Under the pieces are notes generated by a model. That model saw only the letters and a program-made list of their open reading frames with translations, made no database searches and had not been told where the DNA came from. 64,000 nt of DNA. Source: Ginglymostoma cirratum. Its lineage: Eukaryota. Positions 1 to 12,019 of the stretch are shown one piece after another. The translations under genes were made by a program, and so were the position numbers. The stretch's first letter is position 1. Each line of letters opens with the position of its first letter. The DNA lies in the NCBI GenBank assembly GCA_024137785.1, contig JAHRHZ010000066.1, forward strand, positions 2,725,880 to 2,789,879. The letters run 5' to 3'.

Positions 1-1009
1 GCATAATCATAAACATTTTAAACTCAAGCCTGGTTTCCTCAACCTCCATTTGTATTTTTAAGAAATGTATGATATATACCAACCAAAAACAGTAATCTTC
101 TGATCCCTCTTTACATCTGACCACTTACATCCAATGTGTCTACAGCAATATCTGTTCTTATCTCTCAATGTGCATTTTTGTCCCTACATCATGAATTGTG
201 GGGTCAATGAGGTTTCTGAATTCAAAACCAAAAAAAAACCTAATCTTGCTACAACAGGAAAATTGATATGAAGGGCACTACCTCTGTAAAACTTTATGGC
301 TGGGTTTCCAAAATCCTACACATCAGCACCCAAGCTCAATAAAGCCATCAAATTCAATTCTGTCAATATAGGATACCTGCTGCTTTTCAGAGGATCCTTA
401 GGCCTCTGTTCAAAGTTATGAGACATTAGTTTTACTCAAAAAATCATTTAGAATACTTCAGTGATCAGATTTTAATTTTGTTTCTCTGACAAAAGAAGTT
501 ACTGGGTGCCAAAGGTTGCGGACGAATAAGAGTAAAAACGTAAGTTTGATTGGATTCAGTCCCCGAAACCATACTTAATAGATTGTAGCCTTCACATTTC
601 TTACTGTTGTGATTAGTTCAAAGGAGTTTTCATGTGCCTTTGATATCCAGACTGTTGAAATCTTTGGAAAGGATGTGGTTTCTTAGGGAAAGGCTCTGTT
701 GTGAATCAAAATGCACAATGCACTTAGTGATGAACAACAGGTGGTTCACTGAAGTTGTGTTGGAAATCATCTCCTCCAGAGGCCTGCTCTCAATTTGAAT
801 TGGCTCTGGTGCAAATGGACGATCCAAAATCAATCTGGTTTGATTACACCATTGTTCCACTGTTTAGCTGTGATATGAATTCACTGTGTCTTCTTGGCAG
901 GAAAGTAAGTATCTTGATAGATTAATTATCCTCATGTGCAGTCATGATTTTCCTCAAATAACATTTTTTTTGAGAGTGAAATCAGTCTGTCCACATATAA
1001 TCACAAGCT

Positions 1010-1120
1010 GGGACTCATGGGACTGTGATAGTGTCCTTACCTCTGACGAGAAAGTCTGGGTTCCAGTCCCACCTCCTGCAGAGGTGTGTAATGTCTGAAC
1101 AGGTTGATTAATAAAATATT
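1010..1120 (+). mobile_element. Short tRNA-derived SINE (further copies near 18800-18905 -, 22820-22925 -, 42895-43010 +)
   Basis: Recurrent gtgtccttacctctga...ctgggttc.agtcccacct...cagaggtgtgtaat...ctgaacaggttgatt, including a B-box-like motif. Confidence 0.6.
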
Positions 1121-3519
1121 TATATTCATTATATTATTCATTATACTACTTGCTGATTTATAGTAAAGCAAAGGGGGGGGGTGACACATCAAACCGACTT
1201 ACTTGAGAAATTATTTTAGAAGTTATATTTGCAATGATTTAAATTAAACAAAACTGAGTGGGATTTTACAGACGTGCACAGTTTTGGAGGAAATAAATTT
1301 TCAATGCGCCAATAGGATGCACGAATAGGATGTACCAGACCTTTATTTTGGATTACACCTCGAAGCCATCTCATCCTTTTTACCAAGTTCACAATTTGTT
1401 GACTTCGAGAAATGAGGGCTAGCATCCTCTGAAGTCTCAAAGATGACAGGCCAGCCACATAAACATGACTTAGCAGATCAACTTGATGGTACAATTCCCT
1501 TTGCGTTGGATCACATGTTTTGTAACTAGTATACTGCAGTGAATTCTATGCCTCTCCTGAATCTGTTGTCACATGCCTAGGCACAGTTCCACAAGTGTCA
1601 GTGATCCTCATGCTCTTCATTCAGGGCTATTCTTCACAAACAAACAACGGTAAGTGCCTTCAGATAATTCAACCATGGAATGCAATGCACTACAATCGAA
1701 TCTTTTCTCATCCAACAGCCACACGTACATTTCCAACAGAATCACTGAAGAACAATCAGCAGCAAGAACCTTACTCTCCTTTCATGTTCTCTACACAATT
1801 GCCTGATCATTGAGATACATGGATCAGGGGGTGGAATCTGGGATCTACTTGCTCAGCTGGTATTTTCACCCACAAGGGAACGTGAGCATTTAAAATTTAA
1901 AAATACAAATAAAAGTCAGCTATACTCCAAATTAAGTGTACATTAACTGAGATTAATGTGCACAGATAATGGTGACCAACGTCCTGGCCAATCGCGAAAA
2001 TCCTGAAAAAGTACAGAATTCAAATATGACAACTTTCTATTCAGCCATCAGGTGACTGCCAATAGTTTTTTTAATTTAATTCTGGTTTTCTCACCCATTC
2101 AAATTTTGGTCAATTGTTGACCTTCAAAAAAAGTAATTTGAAAGCAGTCTGGTATAATGGCAAATGGTATATTTTTTCCGTTCTAGTCTGTATCTAGTGT
2201 TTTATTAAAAAAGTATTTTGCGTCAGTTTTGACCCAACATTGTTCCATCTTGAATCTATTTCTTGTCATTATTAATTAAGGTGAGTTAGAGTCTCTGGCT
2301 GATGACATGCTCTTGTTGCTTAAAGAGTGTCGAAGCATAGCCATTTGGATGTTGTAAGCACCTGAAGATCTAAAGGAGGTCAACTCCTTTGCATAGTACA
2401 AAATGCAAGTGTGCACATCTTTGGCTGGCTTAAAGAAGCAGGATACCCAAACGGAGAAAGCAAAAACAAGAAAACAGACTGCAGTCATTGAGGTTGTAGC
2501 ATTATAGCTGTGCAGGAGGTGCTTCAAAAAATAATGGCCCTTTCTGAGGCAGCTCTACCCTTCGACGCTGCCACCATGCCTGATGCTATGATTATCTAAC
2601 ATCAAGAACTCAGTTTCTGGCAGAATGTACCAGAACAGGAGGTCTCCCTCATACACCAAGACTGAAGTCAACTTCTGTGCAGTCACTCTGCTGAGATTAA
2701 CTCACTCAGCACCAAGTGTGGGGATCAAACCTGGGATATTCCTAATCTATACAACTGAGACTTCACACAAAAACAGAGTTTCTAAGCACTTCATTGCAAA
2801 CTTCCTGGCTCTTATATTAGTAATAGAAGAGGAGCGTCTGTGAAATTGAACAGCAAAGTTAACATTTACTTCCCTGTGAAAATACTGAAATCTTCAACTA
2901 GTTGATCTGAGAACAGAACTCCCTGTCTTACCTGGTAACCAAAGGGTTAAACATAGAATAGAAAGAAAAGCCTGATCTTAGTCTGGAGTCTTCCTCTAAC
3001 GCTTACTGGACCTCTGGCGAGCTTGATTTGTCTGACTCATTCAAAACTCAAGAAAGACATTAGAGTAACCTTTGATGACAGCGGAAATAAAAGACAGACA
3101 GCAGAGCTGGCTTTACACAATGCACTAGCTCATCATTTAATGCTACACTTGAATCAGAGGGCAGAATAATCACTGGTTTCTGCAGGTAGTTGCACCCCTA
3201 AAAACCTTGATTAACAACTATTGAATGGCTTCATTAATGAAATAAACTAGGAAAGTAATGCTAAATAGTAACGGTTTCATAACATGACTGAAGGGGATGC
3301 TGTGGCACGCTGCATACTGCAGACAAAATGGGTTCTGGGTCTCAGTTCTGTCATGCTTCTGTAAGATGTTTTTCTGTAAGAGAGGAGAAGACAAAGCAAA
3401 ATGCGATCAGACAACATTCCCCTCTCCCACCAATCACGCCATCCCACCTCTGGGCCCCTGCCACAACAGCAGCTGTCTCTCACTCCCCCTTAAAGGTGTG
3501 GTATAGAGGAACTCTATAC

Positions 3520-3576
3520 CTGGCAGCAAGTCTAGGTTCAGAAGTCTCAGATAGGCTACGCCATGTGGTATTAGGC
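3520..3576 (-). other. Candidate 57-nt cassette exon in intron 10
   Basis: Acceptor ttctgtattttctccccttctcag, donor CAG|gtatag. Open in phase 2/2 (PNTTWRSLSETSEPRLAA), but gives an immediate stop in phase 0. Confidence 0.35.
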
Positions 3577-4095
3577 CTGAGAAGGGGAGAAAATACAGAA
3601 TAATCTACTCAACATAGGGTTACGCAGTAATCTCCACACAGGAATCACCAAGCACACTGAAACGGAATGTTCTGTCATAAGGTTTTCCGTTAACATCTTC
3701 TCAAGCAACCCAATTCCAAGAAATGCTAAAAGGTCAAAAATACATTAGGGGTTGAGTAGTATAACAAGTATTTTGCCAGCAGAAACTAATGTTTTGCTAA
3801 CCTGGCTTTGCTTGTACCTGGCATGAATTCATGCTGCAGCTTAGATGAAAACAGTCCATTTACGCCAACTTTCAATCTACCTTTGGCACATTTACGATAT
3901 ACTGAAGTATTAAAAACAAGTACATGCACAAGGGTATTAATACAAGCCCGCTAACAGCCTGGTTTTCTTTAACATTTGGGGTGTTCATGAATTAATTATG
4001 TAGTTTAAATCATCACACTAATACTTCAATTATAACAGTGCTTCAAGGGTTGTTTATGACTGGAGCAAGCTTGGTGTAATGGTGAGTTCACTCAC

Positions 4096-4140
4096 ACTGT
4101 GTCGGTAGAAGGGATCAACTTTTGTTGGGTATTTGTCAAA
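4096..4140 (-). CDS. AUTS2: AUTS2 coding exon (exon 10 equivalent)
   Basis: ttcctttgcag|TTT GAC AAA TAC CCA ACA AAA GTT GAT CCC TTC TAC CGA CAC AGT|gtgagt = FDKYPTKVDPFYRHS, 45 nt, phase 0/0. Too short for the ORF track. Confidence 0.96.
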
Positions 4141-5734
4141 CTGCAAAGGAATCAAAGCACGTAAAACAAGTTATGGTCTATTAACACAGATTCATTCTCG
4201 TTGCCATGGCTACTCACGTTGTGCTGTTTAAAAATGATCTGTCATATTGAACTGGAGCTACTACTGTCAAATATTATAATCTGCATGTGATAAAATAAAC
4301 CAAACTTCTGTTCAACATGCCATCTCGACATAATTACTTTAACCCGGATTCTAAGTGTGTACTGCACAAATTTCGTATTTCATGAAATTTGAGATCGACA
4401 TCTTGTTAACAATACAAAGAAAAAATACATTGGAGGGAATCATTGATATCCAGATTAGGGATTTCTTGTTTCTATGCATGCCAATGTTCAATTATCTATC
4501 TATTCACCATAAGGGACATAAAATCACTGGCTGTTGCCTGCAACAGTAAGAAACTAAGGGCACAGCATTTATTTTTGGTGCTAATGGGAGTTTGTTTTTC
4601 TCCACTTCTCATCTAATTCTCACGAAGCAAGCAAGGCCCTTTCACCAAAGTCATTCACCACCACCAGTCCTGGTTTGGCTTCTCAAAGACTTTGCTTGAA
4701 GATTACACACTCGTGTCATTTTTGCGCACTTAAGGACAATGCTCTGTAACTCCCTCTCTCCTCTGCAATAGGAGGCCAGAGCTACAGAAATAGTTCACTG
4801 TGTAAGATATTATGGAGTGCAAACCCAGGTCCCACCACTTAAGGGCAGTGTGATCCTCCTCCAATCTATGTACAGTTTACTTTTAACAGAATGTCGCTTC
4901 TTTGTGTGACGGAATTGGCACTGGATGTAACTAAGGAAACAAAACCTCAGGAATTTGCAGATTATAAGACGACAATATAAAAACTCAGTTAAAACACAAA
5001 GACCAGCTTCAAAGCATCATGAGGAAGATAGGCTGACTCCTTCCATGGCAAGGAAGTGGAAGGGGAATACCCTGCAATCCAAAGGGTTAACAATGGTAAT
5101 GCTGTACAGATGTCAAATCAAACAAAAATTCAACTTCCATATAAACGTATAGGATTTCGAGTTCAAAACTGAAACTGTTTTCTTAAAGAGACTGCATTCC
5201 TCTTTCTCCGTCTGTCCCGGATTAACAGGCCACATGTTACTGACCTTCTCAATGAGCTCTGTGTGAGTTGTTTAAAGAAAAATTACAGTGCTCTAAATAA
5301 CCAGTGACCAATATAACCTTTACATTTCAGTGGATTCATTCTGTTTAGATTTCTGCAGCCTCACAATAAACAGGTCAAATTTCAGACTCTCAGGTTTTTG
5401 CCTTTATAACAATTCACCCTTTTAGGCTAATAGAATGGGACAGATCATCTTCAAAACAGTAAAGGAATACAAATGATCCATTTGTCTTTCCCTTCATGGT
5501 ATAAAGTGTAAAACAGTAATTAAACTATTTGGACCAAGTCTCTGCAAGAGGCACCCTTCTTGCTATTCTTGTACTTGGAAATCCACCAAGAACGAACATC
5601 CTTGTGTTAGAAATTATTAAAAACAGGCCAAATAAAAGGTTAAAAACAACTGGACGTGACTCTATTTACTATGAAGACTCCGAGCCAAATGCATTACTGA
5701 AATGTTACATAGACCTCATTTTTGTTTCAGAAAT

Positions 5735-6125
5735 GCACAAATTTGCATTTATATGACATCTTACCTTCAGAATTTCTCAAGTGCTTTGTGTCCAATTATT
5801 TATTACTGAAGTGCACTCAATGTTGTTTTGTACGCCAACGTGGCAATAAGTTTGCAGAAAGTAAGGTCTGGCATTGAGTTAAGTGACCAGTTGATCTGTT
5901 TTTGATGGTTTTGGCTAACAGGAGAATGCTGACTAGGGCAATGGGAAAACTAGCCATCATCCTTGAATTAGTAGATGAAGCTTCAAGTTAATTCACCGTT
6001 TGAAAGATGGCATATCCCTGAAATGCAATATTCTCTCTGTCCAGCAGCCTAGATTCAACATTCAATCCTGCATTTTGTCTTGTATATCCAAGTTAGAAAG
6101 TTATGCTTTCAAGTGCTAATCATCT
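5735..6125 (-). mobile_element. Decayed Deu-domain SINE (SacSINE1/AmnSINE1-like)
   Basis: The reverse complement contains Deu-core-like segments (aacagatcaactggtcactt, cacttcagtaata...ttggacacaaagcactt). Confidence 0.55.
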
Positions 6126-6464
6126 TACCTATCTAACGGAAAAGTTCAAGGCACCTACAGAAGAATGGAAGAATTAGTGTCATGTTAAAATAAAGGACTT
6201 TTATTATGGCAGTCTTACACTTGGATTATATTTCAACTCCGAAATTATTGTGTATTTATTGTTAGAGCACTGTCATTCAGGGAAGCCACCAAACTGAGAC
6301 TGTTATTGACTGAACTTCAATCCACTGTACAGCTACATTCAGGGTGCACAGCATCAAATAATAAACAGAAATAGGACACGGTGACTTGCCACTGCTCTAC
6401 GTTATCTCAGCTCCATTTTATCTCTCTCCTCTGGGTTTCCACTTAAAACATATTCTGGAAACCT

Positions 6465-6605
6465 AAAATAAATGCAAAATGGTGCAGATGCTGGAAATCT
6501 GAAACAAACACAGAGAATGCTGGAGAAACTCCACAGTTCTGGCAGCGTTTGTGGAGGCAGAAACAGAGATAATGTTTCGAGGCTGGTATGATTTCTTCAG
6601 ATCTG
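6465..6605 (-). mobile_element. Older Penelope-derived terminal fragment (related pieces near 18960-19090, 46350-46490, 49890-50165, 51578-51675, 58215-58295)
   Basis: Recurrent tgcagatgctggaaatctgaaacaaa...gctggagaaactc.gcag.tctggcagc. On the minus strand it contains a CTGAAGA...GAAAC core. Confidence 0.6.
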
Positions 6606-6674
6606 GAAGCCTATGATTTCCAGCCACATGTTCCTCCAGCTGGTCCAAGGTGAGCTAAGTCATTTCATGTCTAG

Positions 6675-6866
6675 AGATAAAAGGTACTGCAGATGCTGGA
6701 GAATCCGAGATAACAAGCATGGGGCTGGATGAACACAGCAGGTCAAGCAGCATCGTAGGAGCAGGAAAACTTGACGTTTCGGGGTTTAGGCCCGAAACGT
6801 CAAGTTTTCCTGCTCCGATGATGCTGCTTGACCTGCTGTGTTCATCCAGCCCCATGCTTGTTATCT
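6675..6866. mobile_element. Fold-back Penelope-like terminal insertion with 14-bp target-site duplication
   Basis: Direct repeat catttcatgtctag at 6661-6674 and 6867-6880. Inverted arms at 6707-6783 and 6791-6867. Same family as the copies at 9090 and 63498. Confidence 0.85.
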
Positions 6867-7389
6867 CATTTCATGTCTAGCCTGGCTGAAAACTGGCCTT
6901 ATTCAGTCAAAGACAGGGAAGAATATAACATTGACTTTGAAGCATTGTTCCATATCACAGCTTCTATGAATGACATTGCTCCACCAACAAATACACACTC
7001 AATGCAGAGGTGAAATATAAGCCAAGTAAAAAAGACAGGCACAATCAGGGTGCTTCATTTTAAAATTACACCAACTCTTCCATTCTTCTGTAGGTGCCTT
7101 CTGTAGACCATTAACATCACAGGGCTCTTCACGATCACTGCTAAAATGCCATCTTTGTGTCATTCCCGCTCTATCTATTACTCAAGGCAGGTGTGAAGTG
7201 TCAGAACTCACACTCACTAGAGAAGCCAAATGTGAATGTCATGTGAAATCAAACCCTTAACTGGTTCATTGTGAACCCTGACTAACAGCCTTCCTAGCCC
7301 TTTGGCATTGCAGCCCTTTGATGCCAGACCCCAAGATACTGTACTGTGCGCTTCCCCACTGCAGATAAATTATGACATTTTACATACTG

Positions 7390-7955
7390 CAGGAGGAAGA
7401 AGTTATGAAGATAAATGGTATGCTCGCCTGCATGGCAAAAGAGTTTGAATGTGGGAGTAAGGAAGTTTTGCTGCGGCTGTATCATGCCTTGATGACATCT
7501 GCAGTAGTGTCTGTAGTTTAGGTTTCATTACCTAAGAAAAGATATACTCGCCACAGAAGGAGTGTGTGAAAATTAATCCGACTGACTCCTCCGACAGCAG
7601 GTTTGTCAACTGAGAAGAGACTGAATCAACTGGAGATTTAAAGATTGAGAAGGAATCTCACTGAAATGGATTAAACAAGGGGTCATGGTTCCAGGATACA
7701 TGGTAAGCCATGTCGCATTGACATGAGGAGAAACATCTTCGCACACAGACTGGTGAACCTGTGGAATTACCAACCACAGAAGCTGTAGAGGCCGAATCAC
7801 TTAATATATTTATGAAAGAAACAGACAGATTTCTAAAGGCTAAAGGTATCAAGGGGCATGGGGCAAGAGCAGAGGTATGGCACTGAGATTGAAGATCAGG
7901 TGGCACAGCAGGTTCAATGGCTTTCTCCAGCTCCTACTATTTTCTAAGATTTTAT
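7390..7955 (+). mobile_element. Decayed CR1-clade LINE 3' fragment
   Basis: Translates in pieces to NGMLACMAKEFECGSKEVLLRLYHAL...YLRKDILATEG, typical of the CR1 ORF2 C-terminus, followed by a CR1-type 3' UTR. Confidence 0.8.
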
Positions 7956-8564
7956 GCAAAACCCCTGTGCTGTCTTGCAGAGACACTTAAGGTGCAAACA
8001 GTGGTAACAGTTCACGGCAGCTATGAGCTGCTACTATGGCAAAGATGCTACTGCAATACACGAAAGATTTTTTTACAATACTGAGGATGCGTTATTGAAG
8101 CTGTACAAGATATATTTGGAGTGCTTACCAACCGTTCAGAGGTTTTCTTTGCCTGTGTAATTGGTTTCTTGTTTACAATTCAAAATGTGAGATGACAGCC
8201 CCATCCCCCTAGAAGCACACACCGAAAACTGGGTGCTTAATTTCTTCTACAATTTTAAACCAAGACTCAGAAAAGGGTTAGCAACATCCAAATTTCCAAC
8301 ATGCACTTGGAATACCTCAGGCTTCCTGCCAGATGTACAGTCAAAAAATTACTCCACACTCTAAAGTTCACAATGGTCAACATATCTGAGGTAAGCTGAG
8401 AGTTAAACTTTCATTATAAATTGCTCTAATTGGAATGAAGAAATCCACGTATTTCAGGTTCAATTGTCCAGATGAGCAATAATTGCACACAAAATAGTTG
8501 GCACGAACGGTTTTGAATCAGCCAACAATATACAGCTACTACGCTGGTCACAGAGATCAAACTA

Positions 8565-8933
<369 letters not shown>

Positions 8934-9089
8934 TCACATTACAGGCCTGTCATTGCAATTCAGTTAAGATTCTGAAGTGATGAGACTCAGCAACCCATTT
9001 GTAAAGAAAATCTTAGAACTGTCACAAAGGAGGCATAAATACAACTCAAAATTGTGCACACAGATTATGTACAACATCAGATACAAGGA

Positions 9090-10091
9090 GATAGTAGGAA
9101 CTGCAGATGCTGGAGAATCTGAGATAACAAGGTGTAGAGCTGGATGAACGCAGCAGGCCAAGCAGCATCAGGGGAGCAGGAAAGCTGACATTTCAGACCT
9201 AGACCCTTCTTCAGAAATAGGGGAGGGGAAGGGGGTTCTGAAATAAATAGGGAGAAAGAGGGAGGCGGACAGAAGATGGATAAAGGAGAAGATAGGTGGA
9301 GAGAAGACAGACAGGTCAAAAAGGCAGGGATAGAGCCAGTAAAGGTGATTGTAGGTGGGGAGTTCGGGAGGGGATAGGTGAGTCCAGGGAGGACAGGCAG
9401 GTCAAGGGGGTGAGATGAGGCTAGCAGGTAGGAGATGGGGGTGGGGCTTGAGGTGGGAGGAGGGGTTAGGAACGTCCATTTCAAACATCCAAATATTAGG
9501 AATATCCATTTCAAGCCCACCGACTCCCACAGCTACCTAGAATACACCTCCTCCCACCCACCTTCCTGCAAAAATGCCATCCCCTGTTCCCAATTCCTTC
9601 GCCTCTGCCGCATCTGCTCCCAGGATGACGCATTCCACTCCCGAACATCTCAGATGTCTTCGTTTTTCAAGGACCTCAACTTTCCCCCCTCAGTGGTCGA
9701 TAATGCCCTCGACCGTGTCTCCCGCATTTCCCGCAACTCATCCCTTCCACCCCCTCCCCGCAATAACAACCAAAACAGAATCCCCCTAGTCCTCATGTAC
9801 CACCCCACCAACCTCCGGATCCAACGCATCATCCTCCGACACTTCCACCATCTGCAATCCGATCCCACCACCAAAGACATTTTTCACTCCCCACCCTTAT
9901 CTGCTTTCCAGAGGGACCACTCTCTCCATGACACCCTTATCCGCTCCACACTCCCCTCCCTCAGCCCCACCACTTTTCCCTGCAACTGCAGGAAGTGCTA
10001 GACCTGTCCCTACACCTCCATCCCAGGCCCCAAGAAGACCTTCCACATCAAGCAGATGGTCACCTGCACATCTGCTAATGTGGTACACTAT
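9090..10091. mobile_element. Penelope-like retroelement, truncated and internally inverted
   Basis: 9090-9465 is the element 3' terminus on the minus strand. 9496-10091 is plus-strand ORF (IHFKPTDSHSYLEYTSSHPPSCKNAIP.SQFLRL.RICS...RIPLVL.YHP...FPCNCRKC; RT thumb/linker up to the GIY-YIG start). TSD atcagata(c/t)aagga at 9076-9089 and 10092-10105. Confidence 0.88.
9187..9214 (-). ncRNA. Minimal hammerhead-ribozyme-like motif in Penelope terminus
   Basis: Minus strand CTGAAGA-agggtctaggtct-GAAAT-GTC. Penelope pseudo-LTRs are known to carry minimal type I hammerheads. Activity unknown. Confidence 0.5.
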
Positions 10092-10849
10092 ATCAGATAT
10101 AAGGAAATGAAAATGTCCAGCCATATTTAATGCATACATTTACAAATCATTCAGATGACTTGCACTTCTTTCTGGAACACTTTTGGTGACAACTTATCCA
10201 AGAAAAACCTCCAATGCAGATAGTTATTCCAGGATGTTGTATGTCAACATTTGTCATCACAGTCAAAATGTAAAACATTGTGGGCTATAAAGTGACTGGT
10301 TGTACAGTATCTGTCTCCCATTCCTGCTATCCATATTAGATTAAAATAGATTAAAACATATAGTTTCAAGAATCAAATCACAAAAAGCCAAAGGTTTAAA
10401 TACCAGACAGAATTAAAGACTGATGCTGGTTATGGGTAACAGCCCCATTCCCAAAACCTGCGTCCCAGAGCTTTGTCAGGTTCATTTCCTCCTTCTCAAG
10501 TAGCATCTGACAGATTCCAGGAATCTCGTAAATCCTACATTGCACCAGCAGGTCTGCCAAATTTTAGATTTCCCCTCTTTAGCAAAACTAGGGTCCTGCT
10601 CTATTATCCATAAAACATGAAAAAGCTTTGCATGATATTATGACATGCTGCCTGGAAATGATCCAGACTCCAATATGGCTGAAAAATACCTTACTTATCA
10701 TTATTCTACCGAGAAATTTGCAACATTTAATGAGTTCAAAAAGCACAAGAGTGTTAAATGTCAATGCTTTTTTCACACACGTCAGTGAGCAGCAAAAGTT
10801 GAAAATTTGGAGCAAGAGAACACCACTCAGTCTCTCCAGTTGATCTAAT

Positions 10850-11470
10850 TACTCCACATTCTTGTCGATTTCTGATAAACTTTCACATTCTTGCTTCCCA
10901 AAAATCTTTCCACCTCTGCCTCAAAATCATTCAAGGATTCTAATTCCATTTTTTTGAGAAAGTTCCAAAGACTCATGGCCCTCTATAAGAAACAGTTTCT
11001 CCTTACCGCTATGTTAACTGGGCCTGTTTTTAAACAGTTCTAGATGATCTTTCAAGAATAAACATCCTTGCCACACTGTCAAGACCCTCAGGATACAATC
11101 ATAGTCTTTCCAACCCATTCTTATTAGACAGCATACTCATTCCATGTACTCATCTCGTAATCTTTCTCTGAAATACATCCAACAGATTTGTACCTTTTCT
11201 TAAATAAGGAAACCAAAACTATACACAATAGGCAGAGATATAGTTTCACCAATACCTTCTTCAACTGAAGCATGACCTTCTCACTTTTGAATTCACTTTT
11301 CCACACAATAAACGATAGTATTCTATTTGCATTTCTTATTAATTGTTGCACTGGTATAGCCTTGTGATCCCTCTACATCTCAGAACTCTGCACTTTCTCA
11401 CCATTTAGATGCTTCTTTTTAATTCTGCCTGTCAAAATGGGAAATGTCACATTTTCCTACATTACACTTG
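10850..11470 (-). mobile_element. Decayed CR1-clade LINE fragment
   Basis: ORF 11124-11351 reads QQLIRNANRILSFI...EFKSEKVMLQL.KVLV, a CR1 ORF2 C-terminal motif. Confidence 0.75.
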
Positions 11471-11570
11471 TCTGCAAAGACCAGGGACTTGTGTCTTAAT
11501 ATACATGGCTTCCAGTGCATTAAACCTCAAACCCAAGTGACAAACCTAAATTATTTGTCAGTGTAATTGT

Positions 11571-11617
<47 letters not shown>
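11571..11617. repeat. Compound (TC)n(AC)n microsatellite
   Basis: Directly visible. Confidence 0.97.
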
Positions 11618-11618
<1 letters not shown>

Positions 11619-12019
11619 GAATTTAGCAAATGTCGTCCAATTGCAGAAGCACAAATAATGTTGGAAACGTTGTTGAGTTTTTCAAGTATGGGCTAGTTGA
11701 GCATGGTCAAAAACTTGCTTATTTACATGTACATGCACTGTGCCAATTTCAATTCCACAATATAGGCAACGGCCATTCTCTGGTTCATTGATCATTCAGA
11801 GTCAACTTGCCTGATCCAAAATTTAAACAATGCTTGGTGATTAACTGTCATTCACTATTAACTGGTACATTCTCTGTGGCAAACATTCGACCAATCAGTA
11901 CTCTGCTTTCATTGTGTAGGAATGTAGCTTTCTTGCACTTTGACCTTCTTGTGAATTATCCCTTTCAGTGCAAGAGAAAAAGCTTCCATGAAAATGCTTC
12001 TTTATCAGCAATAGGTCAA

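Noticed and set aside
630-860. 76-aa minus-strand ORF as possible AUTS2 exon 11
   Set aside because: No similarity to the expected [32 protein letters not shown]; exon 11 was not found in the window.
5759-5810. Strong minus-strand donor AAG|gtaaga at 5764
   Set aside because: Inside a SINE remnant; the upstream acceptor is poor and the candidate exon opens with stop codons.
9077-9520. 147-aa Pro/Ser/Leu-rich ORF and its 181-aa look-alike at 63443-63988
   Set aside because: Read-through of the pyrimidine-rich Penelope 3' terminus; the similarity reflects repeat copies, not paralogous genes.
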